64,000 nt of DNA from Tubiluchus corallicola (taxonomy: Eukaryota > Animalia > Priapulida), in NCBI GenBank assembly GCA_030141605.1, contig JAQGDQ010000904.1:1-64000 (forward strand), given 5' to 3'. Positions 1-11,900 of the stretch are shown piece after piece. Below the pieces are notes generated by a model. That model was not told where the DNA came from. It searched no databases and saw nothing but the letters and a program-made list of their open reading frames with translations. Position numbers and translations under genes: made by a program. Within the stretch, counting starts at the first letter, position 1. Each line of letters starts with the position of its first letter.

Positions 1-555
1 GTTGGTGTAATAAGCATTTTCACAGTTCCAGCGATTGATGATGATCGCCAAAAGTTCAAAGACTAAGTGAACCAGACAACGCATTTGTGCACATTTGACA
101 ACGCCTCGCGGTCCATGATATTGTAATAGTAAGAAATTTACTGGCTAGCTAAAACCTTACCTAATTCATTTTTTCGTGTTCCTTAGCAAGATCTTGCTAG
201 CAAATCACTGTACACCACACAGACTAATGCATAATTAAGAAAAGTGCACGTAAAACAACTGAAGTTACAAAACCGATGCGGCAGACGGCTTTGCCCTGTT
301 CACATATCACGTGACAATTGCAGTTAAGACACGTTGCTGTAGTTCACTTAACTTTTGATCCACAGCAATTGCGCGTGCGCACAACGAAACTGTGAAAAAG
401 TTTATTGTGCAGAAGAGTTTATAACAACGAAGTATTATAGAAAGAGTAGAGAATCTATGAAGAGCTAAACCTTTAGTAATTGAGCCTTGTGAGTCTCACA
501 CTGCCTGCAGCCTTGAAAGGTATTTGGTTGGAACTCCGAAACGAACAGGCTTGAA

Positions 556-760
556 CTACTCCAAGACATCTTCCAAATGTCGCAAGCAAAAGCTTATTTC
601 TGAATATTGATCAAATATCGTGTTTTGGATCATACTAATATCCGTACTGTCCTTCAGGAGTTCCAACATGTTCGATGGGGTTGAAGTCCGGTGAATTTTG
701 AAGCCATTCAGTTTGATCGAAAAAATAATTATCCACATTTGGCGAATAAGTACAATTTAT
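556..760 (-). pseudogene. Tc1/mariner transposase C-terminal relic (frameshifted)
   Basis: Minus strand 718-662 reads DQTEWLQNSPDFNPIEHV, and after a frameshift ELLKD; matches the Tc1-family motif W-P-x-x-S-P-D-L-N-P-I-E-x-x-W. No TIRs recognised. Confidence 0.7.
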
Positions 761-2361
761 TCGAAATAGAATTTTATTGCTGACCGGTTTCGAACACTTA
801 CTGTTCATTTTCAAGGCATCTACAATTAAAGAAATTTTACCAAAATATAGAAGTACAAATCTGTAGGTGATTGACCGTATTTGGCCAATATATGGCTATT
901 ACCCAAAGTACTGTACTTCTAAGTTGTTTATACATTCTAATAAAATTTCTTCGTTTTTTGATCCTTGAAAATGAAAAGCAGGTTGTGCAAAACACACAGA
1001 GCTTCCACTCTAAATGGCATTGTAGATTATCTGAAAAAACATGTGTTAAATTATCTGTTTCTACATTGCACTACACATGTTAAAACGAAATAAAGCACCG
1101 ACCATAATTTAGTACTTCAGCTACAAGGGAATTGTTTGAAACAGACATTAATGCGTTGTGCCTGTTCATTAAAAAATTGTTTTTTGTAATTAACCGAAAA
1201 AGGTAACGAATAGTAGAGTGCACGTGGCGTGGACAATTATTATGTATTATTAGTGTGTAGACATTGTCATTCGCATTATTATTATTATTTAATTATTTTC
1301 ATTTCATCTTGTAATTTTAATATTTATCAATAAATTTAAATAATAAATAAATTTTCTGTCTTCACATGAGAGGCTTTTATATAGGTTCTTTTTATAGCCT
1401 GTTAGCCAATTATTTAGTACAGTTATACTACATTTCAGCTGTTCATGCATGTATTGTTTCAATTTTTTGTGTACTAACAAATACAGTCTAAACTAAATAA
1501 TAAACAAATAAGAAAATATTTGTAAGGCGAAGGCCTGAGAGTCGTCAGTGGGTGAAAAAACAAAAATGCCCAGCAGGAAAGAATCCGAAAACGAGAACAG
1601 TAGGTTAAACACATGCATATAACAAGGTAAAGCTTTACTTTTAATTTACTACTACATCCTTTCTAACGAAAATATTAAATATTTTTCTTTCCGCTTCCCA
1701 CTAAATTAGATTTCTGCGTTACCAGTAAACATGAACTGCTGACACAGACAAGAACCGTGTATGAAATCAAAATGTCAATTTGAATAGGGAAATATGCGAA
1801 GAGAAAGGTAATTTGAGATCATATATGATCTCGTTAAGATTACGTTAAGCATTGTGCTTTACATTATGTCAAGTTAGGCTGTAAAACTGGGAGTAAGTTA
1901 GAATTTTAATTTCATTTTCTCTTCTAAATATGGAAGCACTGGAGGTACGTTTAAACCAAAGTGATGATTAGTTAACCTAAGTAATAAACGTAATCTATGC
2001 AACATACCATGTTTACTGATGCACAAGCAACATTTTTTCATCTAGCAGAGAAGGAATGCATAAGAAATGTGCACTGGGTGCCTGGTTTTTGTAATTTGCC
2101 ATGCAAATAGGTTTGGGCTTAACATTTTCAAAAACCATCGTAAGCAAGCTGTGATCGATGTTTTACAGCCTGCACTCAGTGAAAAAGATAGTACGGCCGT
2201 AATGTGAAGTAATGACATTGATATCTCATCACGTATACGCAATAAATTGATGTATAAGACTAGTTTGCCATGTTGTACAAAACCCCAAACCCATTTTTAC
2301 GATATTTTGTCTCACAAGACTATATATATGTATATATATATATATATATACATATATATAA

Positions 2362-2986
2362 TGTGTGGCGGGTCGCAGGATTAAACGGTCTCGGAAACCA
2401 CGGGTTTCATGAAAATGTAGTGTATTGAATTTAAAATTGCATGGGCCAATCAGAGTTCAGTTTTCTAGGCCAGTTTTCTCGAGCGTGTGACCAGTTCTCG
2501 TAGACTCGAGGGCAGTGCGTTCTGGGATATGTTCGGCTTCGGTTTCATTTTGTTTTTTCTTTTCTTGGTTGCTGTTATTAAGTCAGTAGTGATTCAGTAA
2601 ATTTGGTTTAATCCCCTGGTTTGCATTTCGACTCAACGCGTAAGTGTCAGCTATAAACTCTTGTTAAGTGTTTCATTTTACTTTTTCTTTCTTTTTTCCA
2701 CCTCTGAAACTATTATAATGCAAACCAAGGGATTGAACCAGAAATTACTAAATCACTACTGACTTAATAACAGCAACCAAGAAAAGAAAAAAACAAAATG
2801 AAACCGAAGCCGAACATATCCCAGAACGCACTGCCCTCGAGTCTACGAGAACTGGTCACACGCTCGAGAAAACTGGCCTAGAAAACTGAACTCTGATTGG
2901 CCCATGCAATTTTACATTCAATACACTACATTTTCATGAAGCCATTTCCGAAACCATTTAATCCTGCGACCCCCCGACCCCCTACA
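2362..2986. mobile_element. Foldback element/MITE with ~257-bp near-perfect inverted arms, flanked by (TA)n
   Basis: 2370-2627 is the reverse complement of 2717-2972 (gggtcgcaggattaaa ... tttaatcctgcgaccc); ~90-bp spacer; ends TGT...ACA; TA runs on both sides. Confidence 0.85.
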
Positions 2987-3006
2987 ATATATATATATAT
3001 ATATGA

Positions 3007-3159
3007 ATATGAAAAAATTCACCTGTTTATAACAAACGATATGAAACTGAAATAATTACTGCAATACTTTCAACCTCCATATATATACTTGTTGAAAGTA
3101 TTGCGTTAATTAATTCAGTTTCATATCGTTTGTTATAAACACGTAAGTTATTTTCATAT
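3007..3159. repeat. Second inverted repeat (hairpin MITE-like), ~68-bp arms
   Basis: tgtttataacaaacgatatgaaactga...gcaatactttcaac (to 3074) pairs with gttgaaagtattgc...tcagtttcatatcgtttgttataaaca (from 3091). Confidence 0.8.
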
Positions 3160-3203
3160 ACAACATTTGCCTAATTTTTGTGTCACGAGAATCGATAGCA
3201 TAC

Positions 3204-6200
3204 CTTATCACCAACAAAGTATCCTTCTCCGTCTTCGTTTAAGCAAAGTCTGGCTTCCAACAATGTGAGAAACCCTGGAATGATTTTTGTCACGGCAAGA
3301 TCGCGTAGCTTCTCCTAAAAAGTCAGTGTTCAATAGTAATCAAATATTAGCAATGCGATCACGTGGTACGGGCACCTCTTTGACCCCTTGTTTTCAGTAA
3401 TTATTTTATAAAAATGCATAAAATTGACATTAATAGTTTTCTAAAGGCATTTTCTCAAGCAAAGTAAAGGGACAAAGACTAGCTACAGTCTAAAAAGGTA
3501 ATGTAGTTACTACACGGAAACAGTCACTAGAAGAGATTTTGATATTGCGCATAAATTATAGTGGGTAAACATTATAGCTTGGTCACGGAGACATTCTTTA
3601 GTTTTGCAAACGACCCTAGCAAAAACAAAGTAATAATCTGACATATTCTGTCGCGTATAACAATCAGTTATCAACAAGTTTTAAATTTTGCTAAGTTACT
3701 TAAGCGAAAGCATAATTGTCTAAATGGAACAAAATTCGTAAATTGCTTAATAGACTCCTCCAGCCTATACAGAACTGCGTAGTTTTTTTTACTTTATTCT
3801 CAACATATCAGCCAACTTAAATTTAGTTCCTTTACGCAATTAATAATGTATTGATTGAGCCTCAAATTACGAAACGCATATTAAGCCTCGTCTATTGCAT
3901 AAATACTTCAAATAATTCTGTGTTAAAATCTTTGGCCATATTGAACATGTAATCAAGTATTTCTACTTTGGGAAAATAGAACAAAATCATTTGCTGGTTG
4001 TAGAGATGCTGATGTTGATGAAAGTTCAAAGTGTAGACTCGCTTATGAATTATACTGGGCAAGAGAATGCCAAATAACAGTTAGAAATTGCTTATCATGA
4101 AATACAAACAGTGTTATAATAGGTATTAACAAAATGGGTCTGAATGCATGCTAAGGCGCACACTTACCGTATTGATTTTAGTGGCCATCCACATATAATG
4201 ATATCAAGTTTTAGGGTAGGCAGGTGGTAGGAAACATGATAACGCCATTATAATGCAAGGTAGGTAGATGATTTAGTCATGACTTCACACTCTTTTTAAC
4301 TTCACAGCTTTGAGGAAGAGGAGTTTGCAGAATGTGTTCTTGAGCATGAGGTCAGGAAATCGGGCTGCCACCGCGTACATCGCCCACGCCTCTAGAATTG
4401 GTGGTTAATTAACACGCTGCTGTTGCCTGTCCTTGGGAAGAGGAAGAATAAGATGTACAAGAAGCTACATCGGTGCAATATCGATATAAATATAAGGGGC
4501 AGGTAGATGGTGTTGCCTATGATAACGCCATTATAACGCATGGTAGGTGGGTTCTCAAAACATGTGGATGGCCCCTTAAGACAGTGTTGTTGTTATTGTT
4601 GTTAAAATACACTGGCAGTACTTGTATGCATACTATATTTTGCGAAAGAGAACATTATCGTTAATTTTATTATTGTCGAAATTTCATCACAAACTCAATG
4701 AACTTCGTATCACGAAAGATGTCATGTTAAATAAATTCATAATTTCTGTCGAAATTTTATTACTTTAATTTAGGAAATTAGAATAGACATTAGACTCCAA
4801 CTTTAAGCAACAATACCCACCACGCTTTCATGAAATAATTTATGTAACGGAAAAACGAAAGCTGTGGTCTATATTAAATTACTAACGATCCGCGTAAGCA
4901 GTAATTTCAAAAACGCTGGACAAAACAAGTACATTAATTTACATTGTTGATTGTAAAAGTGACAGTTGATAAGTTTGTTTTAATTAGTCGTGTAAAGTAT
5001 CAATTCTGTTCGAAACGAACAGAATAGTAAGAACTATTAGTTCACTGGTCTATTGACTAGATGGCTACCTTAATGTCACTGTCCTCTTCTCGCATGAACC
5101 TGAAGACACATTCAAGAACATCCCGCCAGCATTCACAGATGGAGTCAATTCGAGCTGCTTGTATGTTGGAATCGCCATAGAACCCTAAGCGTCACAAAAT
5201 AACATCTCATATACAGCCAATTACCCTGATGATTAAATACGTTTATTCACTGATTACATTTATGATTGCATTTAATCATTCACATGCTCGTTCGTGCATT
5301 CGTTCATTGATCGATTGATTGACTAATTGATTGATTGGTTGATTGAGCGACTGGCTGGATGACTGATTGATTGATTTATTGATTGACAGGATGACTGACT
5401 GACTGAATGAATGAAGCAAGGAAGGAAGGAAGGCAGGAAGGAAGGAAGAAATAAATGAAGAAATGTTGTTCCTTCCTTTCTACCTTCCCTGATTCATTCA
5501 CATTCATTCATTCACTTACTCATTCAATCAGTCAGTCAGTCAGTCAGTTAGTCAGTCAGTCAGTCAGTCAGTCAGTCAGTCAGTCAGTCAGTCAGTCAGT
5601 CAGTCAGTCAGTCAGTCAGTCAGTCAGTCAGTCAGTCAGTCAGTCAGTCAGTCAAGCAGTCAGTCAGTCAGACGGATCATTTACTGCTTTATTCATTCAC
5701 AGATTTGTTAAGCTGCGCATTTATTTATGCTACAATTCATTCGTGCTAATACTTTTCTATTTCTTTTATTCTGTTCTGCTACGTCATATACTTCAGCTTG
5801 TACATACACAAGTCATATGTACTTAGCGCTGTTTACAAAAAATAATTAATGGAGGCCACCATTTCGCACCTAACTTAAGCTACGGCCCTGCCTTTAAATG
5901 TTATTTATTTAGCTGCATGTTTATGTGGGTTTGGAACGTTCTTTTAAAAGAGCAGAGCATTTTCAATCTTCACAAAAGGACTTGTTGTGACTTTATGCTA
6001 TGAACACATTTATACCAAGTGTACTTTTCTCTGTGTAGAAGTAAAGACTTACCAAATTCTCTTGCCAAATATCGGTTAATAGCGTTGCTTTGAAAAATGA
6101 CGTCATCGTCTACGTGTAATATGGGAACCTGACCAAATGGCATTTCTGCAAAGTACAAATGTGAATTTATTGCAACATTACGGGCTAAAACAACACATGT

Positions 6201-9200
6201 AAAAATCGCAAGATTTTAAATATGTTGTGCAAGATGTTGTGCTAAAAGATAACACTATTATAAAGTTTGCGCAAGTCATTTAGCTCAGTTGATTAGACTC
6301 TTGCGATCCAAGTGTACCCAGATCGAGTCCCACACTGTCCTGATTTGACATCATTTCTTGAGCATCGTTCTGATTAACATTTGCTCCATGATACCTTGCG
6401 TGCAAAGCGGTTGCGATTGTTTGCATGAACATCATGGCGTCACATTAAAAAACACATCTTCATCTTTTAATGCAAAGCTTTGGGAAATAATTACTTTAAA
6501 GCATGTTAAATGTTAAATGCTATGCTATGCTATGCTAGAGCTACGCTATGAAACGCATTTTATCGTTTTCTGTTATGCCTAAAGAAATCATTAATTTAAA
6601 CTAGCAAACACGTAAAATGACCTGCGCAACGAAACGCATCTCTGCTATTTTTGTAATGCTTAAAGAAATCTTTAATGAAAAGCAACATACTGAAAGCAGA
6701 GATTTTTGCAGCCATGATAATGTCGCTAATGAAAATTATAATGGGACATTAACATACGATATTACGCATTAAGCTATAATGTTATTGTAAAATTTCAAAA
6801 TACATCCGAACCAGCCATAACTGAACTTCACAGTTAGAAAAACACAAAATACAAGTCAAAATTAGAAGTAGAAGTTGTCTATTTTTCATCTGTTAGTAAA
6901 AAATACAATATAGCTGAAAATCAAATAAATTAATTCGTAATTACTATGCATAGGTAAGCGATAGTGAGTTATCACACCAACTTCCGCTTGTATACTGGAC
7001 TGCCGTCACAAGCGAGGCAGAGAGGATAGCGCAAATTTGAATGAATTATCTACTTGCTACTTATCTGGCGCTTTTGCTATTATTGCAAGGTCAGAGTTTG
7101 ATAAAGGTTTTTAATTTTTAATTACTGCCCTAATCCAGCGCTGGGTACACTATTTACGACATTGACTGACACCCTTGATTTGGAGTGGCCTGATACATCG
7201 TTTATAAGGCCAGCTCATTATCGGCTCTTGTAGCCTTTTGCGAGTTTGATGTCACTACTATGTAGCTTTGGGAAAATGCAGGTTACTTGTATAATTTCTT
7301 ATGACGACTAGAATTGTGTTTGTCGCTAGTTCTGTAAATTTCCCTGGGTGTTTGAATTACGATTTCTGTGATGCAGAATTGAGAAAGTAAATTTGCCATT
7401 CAAACGCAAAAAGTAAAAATCCTCTACTTAAGTGCTGAAGTTCTAACAGGAAACACTTGCTAAAAACTTGCTTTAGTTGTTTGTAGGACATGCTTGCCAA
7501 GAAGCTTCTGGTTTGTCAAGATTGTTACTTAAAGCCATTTGACCACTTATGATCGCACATATCTGAATGTAGAAGTACAGGTTCTTGTGCATTATGAGAA
7601 TTCAAGACTCCCTTTAGAATGCACAGTTGTTGTTCTAAATTCCGAAATGCCACTTACATATAAAAATAAAATGCCAACTTCCACCGGAAGTTATGTAGGA
7701 GCATTTAGTTGGGAACTGTTAGTTAATCGCGGATTCCACAGGCCTGGTATCTCGAGTTTATACTTTCAAATTTGAAAACAGATTTTAAAGGAATTTGCTA
7801 CAGCTTCTTTGTCCAATGTCAAAATCATAATCACAAATTAAACGCTTTGTTTGAGAAAATGAATATAATTTTGGGGACTGAAAACGTCTAAACTGCCATC
7901 AGTGAAAACTTATCCGATTTCAAAAAATTTTTATAAATCGTTGACTTTTCAAGTATCAGAAAATTTGCTGCGCTGTTATTAGCAGTTAGCATGCTTTTAA
8001 TCTAGCAAACTAGAAGTTGTTTTACAAATTTTACAATTTTGACAAAAAAATTCACTTAAATCTCACAAAAATCTCTTTTAGGCTTTGGGTGTCTGCCCCA
8101 ATGGTGCTTTCAAAGCTGTCACGAGATGTCACAGCAGCTGTGGCTGACAATGAAATGGCAAGTGATTAGTTGCCGATAACTTTTGTAAGCCATAACTTTT
8201 CTTGACAAATTTTCTATGTAAATCAGAATATTTCTTTCTCGAAGCACGCGCCATGAGAACGTGATCGTTATTAGTTATTGTATTTCTAAGAGAAAATGAC
8301 AAAAGCAGTGAATATGATCGAAGCGGTTGCAGAAGATTTCCAGTGCCGATCACATGACAAAATTGCTATCATATTATGTTACATTTATTGAGGTAGACGA
8401 ATACAAATGTCATATAAGTAAAAAAATAACAAAGAGCGTAACGCATATTATATGCGCACATAGGGCTGTTTGCCTTCGAAGATGCTTATTACGCACGATT
8501 TGAAATCTAATATTACGTGTCGTGATCTTTTATAATATAATGGTCGATTATATTATGAAATTAATGTAACCATGTATACCATGTTATCTTAATGTGTTCT
8601 GCTACATTGTAATGTTGTTTGGTGTTTTTGCAATAAAATAAAAAAAAATAAATGCATCATAAATGCTGCACTGTGATCCTTAAGCTCTAGGTGCAATTGT
8701 TCAATCTTTCAATATGCGCAGGACTTTATTAATCGTAGAAAGCGTTTTCAAACTTGATAAGACAAATCTTCTGGGAGAATATTTTGTGTATTAATTCTTT
8801 TATATTCTATGTTGCACACTAATACCGTAAAACGGGGTGAGTTCGCCACCCCTTACGTAAGGGCCATTGTAGGTTTGCTGTAACTATTGTTCAGTGTTTA
8901 ATGAACAGATATCATGATCACCGTCATTATAAACAGTTTGCGACAGTTATCTTTTTTCAATTCGCTCTAGAAGTACTCCATTCTGCGCTACATATTATTT
9001 GTCTACTATTTCTTGCTACTTAACATGCCACGCACCTACACCCCTGTACCGGGTCATAGATAACAATATTATACCCCAGAAGCTCTGGAAGCTGCCCTAC
9101 ATGCCGTCAAGAATACCAACAGGACAATCAGCGCAGCGGCGAGGCAATTCGGAGTTCCAAGAAAGACCCTTTCTGACAAACTCTCAGGTAGTCATCCGCT

Positions 9201-10889
9201 GAAGACCGGAGGTCAGCCAGTGTTCTCCGCCGCCGAGGAGCACGAAATCGCCAACACTCCAAGTGGCCGCTGAATGGGAGTTCCCAATGACTGCCATCGA
9301 TCTCCGACTACTGATTAAGAGTGTTCTTGACGCGAAGGGAATCCGGGAACGACGATTCAAGGCAAACACCCCTGGAATAGACTTTGTCAAATCATTCGCC
9401 CGAAGGAACAATCTGGTTTTCAGAGCGGCTGGCAACATCAAGGGCGCCCGCGAAAAGATCAGTGCACAAGACGTTCAAGCCTTCCTTGCCAACGTAGAAG
9501 TTTCTATTTGAAAACTAAAACTAGACATTTTTCATAATTTTTTCATAGGGTGGCGAACTCACCCCCAACCAGCCAATCACAACCAGTTAACTTCAGCTGC
9601 CTAGAATGGCATTAAAGAGTGTAAAATCGTTAATGGCGAATTCACCCCACGATAGTGTTTCATTCGAAAGGCAATATAAAGCTTGAACTAAGAAAATTGG
9701 TTTGGTAATTCTCTTGCTATGGCAGGAAACGTAAAAAAATACCCCTAAAAAGTGGCGAACTCACCCCGTTTTACGGTACTTAATTTCCAGTGATATGATA
9801 TTATGTGAATTCATGCTTAAGTTCTAATTTAATTTTGTTTAATTTAATTGCATGTTAATTTTGTACTGTGGACATTGTGGTGAGTATATGTATCAGTTAT
9901 ATGAAACTGTCTGATTCAAGCCAATAAACTATGTTTAAAATAAATAACTGCATTGTGAGTCTTGTGATAATATGCATTTTATTGTACTGAATAGATGCCT
10001 GTTAGAATGCCGGTAAGGGTAAATGTAACTCATCTAGAACGATATAAAATAAGAAGTTCATCGGAGGTACGAGTATTAACTTTTAAAGTTTAATTTGGGT
10101 TTCGGCATACACCCATTTTAAAAGCTTGAGACATTTTCGACACCTACTCTACAAGCTAACTAAACATATAATAGTGGACTGGTAAAGTAGATGTTGAAAA
10201 AGTCTCAAGCTTTGAATATTGCGTTGGCGTGTGCCAAAACCCAAGAAACTTTAAGGGTCAAGCAATTTGTTAAATACTATTAATTGTAAAAAAATAGTAA
10301 TAATATTGTTAAGTTTGTGGCACACCAAGCTCCGTTTTACAGTTAAATCAGCAATGGGTTTTAATTCACGACATATATGTTGCACGTTGAATTGTAGTAA
10401 TTAACAGTTAGAAAATGGATATATTTTTGTAAAGAGATCAGTGAGAAAAAGGCTTTGATAGGAAACCAACAAGTAATTGTTAATGTGGTTAGAGGCTGAA
10501 TCAAATGCTTAGAAAGTAATGATTTTAATTTTTGAACACAGCCAGCTGCTTGTTAATTCGTTAAAAATTGTCCTGTTTATATATTATATCAGAATTGTTT
10601 GGTTCTTATTGGTATAACTGGCCTATTGACTACGCCCATCAATCTTTTTAACTTTCATTAGGTTGTTTTATTGCTAATCGTGTAAATGATCGAACTTATG
10701 TACTTATGTAAAGTATGTTCGAAACAAGGCGATGTTTTTATAAATGTGAAGCTTACGTTCTTTCATTTCTACCCAATCGTCTTTTGTTATTCTTTTGTCT
10801 TCGTATTCCACTCCGGCTGCTGCGAACATGAGCCTTGCAATCTCTGCCAATCCTCTGGCATCGAAGTAGACTAAGGTATAGGAAGTCAT
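3204..10889 (-). CDS. Glutathione S-transferase, sigma class (3' partial)
   Basis: Exons 10757-10889, 6053-6145, 5069-5184, 3204-3314 joined at phase-compatible GT-AG sites give MTSYTLVYFDARGLAEIARLMFAAAGVEYEDKRITKDDWVEMKEQMPFGQVPILHVDDDVIFQSNAINRYLAREFGFYGDSNIQAARIDSICECWRDVLECVFRFMREEDSDIKEKLRDLAVTKIIPGFLTLLEARLCLNEDGEGYFVGDK. Catalytic Tyr (YF-x-x-RG), PFGQVP and QSNAI motifs present. Acceptor at 10909-10910 implies a 5'UTR exon (candidate donor 11482). Final exon not found in 1-3203. Confidence 0.93.
4181..4575. mobile_element. PIF/Harbinger-like MITE
   Basis: TIRs gtggccatccacat ... atgtggatggcccc with TTA on both flanks; internal direct repeat atgataacgccattataa (~4236 and ~4519). Confidence 0.65.
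5300..5672. repeat. Compound tetranucleotide microsatellite (GATT/GACT/GAAT/GAAG then TTCC/TTCA/TCAG)
   Basis: Directly visible; explains the spurious SQSV-repeat ORF 5455-5826. Confidence 0.95.
6271..6450 (+). mobile_element. tRNA-derived SINE relic
   Basis: A-box-like tagctcagttga (6281) and B-box-like gatcgagtccc (6321); no intact cloverleaf. Confidence 0.5.
8825..9776 (+). mobile_element. pogo/Tigger-like (Tc1/mariner superfamily) internally deleted DNA transposon
   Basis: Perfect 25-bp TIRs ccgtaaaacggggtgagttcgccac / gtggcgaactcaccccgttttacgg, TA duplication (8823-24, 9777-78), subterminal TIR-motif copies at ~9548 and ~9634. Disrupted ORF from ATG 9025 (stop at 9061, frameshift ~9258) encodes HTH-psq-like (TISAAARQFGVPRKTLSDKL) and CENP-B/Tc5 HTH-like (FPMTAIDLRLLIKSVL...PGIDFVKSFARRN) segments; DDD catalytic domain absent. 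Confidence 0.9.
10081..10256. repeat. Imperfect hairpin MITE
   Basis: ttaaagttt...tgggtttcggcatacac...aaagcttgagac...tttcgacacctac pairs with gtagatgttgaaaa...gtctcaagcttt...gcgtgtgccaaaaccca...aaactttaa. Confidence 0.7.
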
Positions 10890-11749
10890 GATTCGAATGG
10901 ATCTTGTGCTGTAACAATAAAATAAAAATAAATACATGTACTTTACTTATGTTATAGATGAGGACAGAAGATTATAATTGTGTTAATTACTCAAAAGAAG
11001 AGTTTGAGAAGCTCACAGGGTTTGAGTTTTTAGTAAATTTCTCAATTAGAGCAATGCCCAAGTTTAACAGGACTCACACGATGCATAATCTCGCTACAGC
11101 AACTTGTCTGAAACGGATTTTGTTCGACTGCGGGGGTCAATAAACGCTTTTTGCCAACTTTGTCCGAATTTTAGACGTCAGAATTTTGATACACAGATTT
11201 TTCTTAAACGTGTTAAATTTTCTGTCTCAAAAAATTGAGCTGGCTCTCGTCTACGGATTTTCAACAAAAATCTGTCTCCGGCAATTTTAGATCAGGCCAA
11301 TAGAAACCAATCGCTTTGGTCGCCTGTCATCTAATAATTGTTTCCCGAGCTTACTCATGACAAAATTTGCTTCATACAAAGTTGTGTTGTGCAGGAAAAT
11401 TTGCGTCTAATGGCGAAAGATTTTTACCTATGTGCAACTGGCAGGCCTGCAAGTGAATAATAGTAAAAAAAGATACTCTTACGTTTAAGTTTACGATACG
11501 TTTAAGTGCAGTAAGTAGTATGCCAATGCGTAATTCTGTCTTTGATTAGTTTTTTTAAATTGCATATTACCCAATAGTGGAAGATTATACGCGCGATCTT
11601 GAGCAATAGTACAACTCAAACTGAGTAGCTTCTTTACTGTAGAATTACACACTCTTCTGGTAACCAATTGAGTAACGCATTTTAGACTAAGAAAAACTTA
11701 CTGAAACTGTTTCTTCTTGAATGTTTGTCAGGAGAAATGAAATCCTTGC

Positions 11750-11900
11750 GTGACCTGTGGTGGCCGAGTTGATGCGTGTGAATGGCGCGGGTTCAATTCT
11801 CGCTTTGGGAGATATAAATCTGTAAACCTTGAGGGATGATGTACATACATCCGAACGAGACTGAGTGAAACCCCTCTGCTGGTTCAGTGGCTCATCTTAG
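11750..11900 (+). mobile_element. tRNA-derived SINE relic
   Basis: A-box tggccgagttg (11761), B-box ggttcaattct (11790); shortened spacing, no cloverleaf. Confidence 0.45.

Noticed and set aside
1-3203. Final GST exon
   Set aside because: No acceptor followed by an (I/L)(T/S)xAD-type frame found on the minus strand; presumed to lie outside the window.
5455-5826. Low-complexity ORFs (also 19651-20052, 19662-19997, 34390-34716, 53566-53823, 60208-60579 and overlaps)
   Set aside because: Translations of microsatellites; no coding evidence.
6271-6345. Functional tRNA genes (also 11750, 39947, 41985)
   Set aside because: A/B boxes present but stems do not form a cloverleaf; treated as SINE heads.
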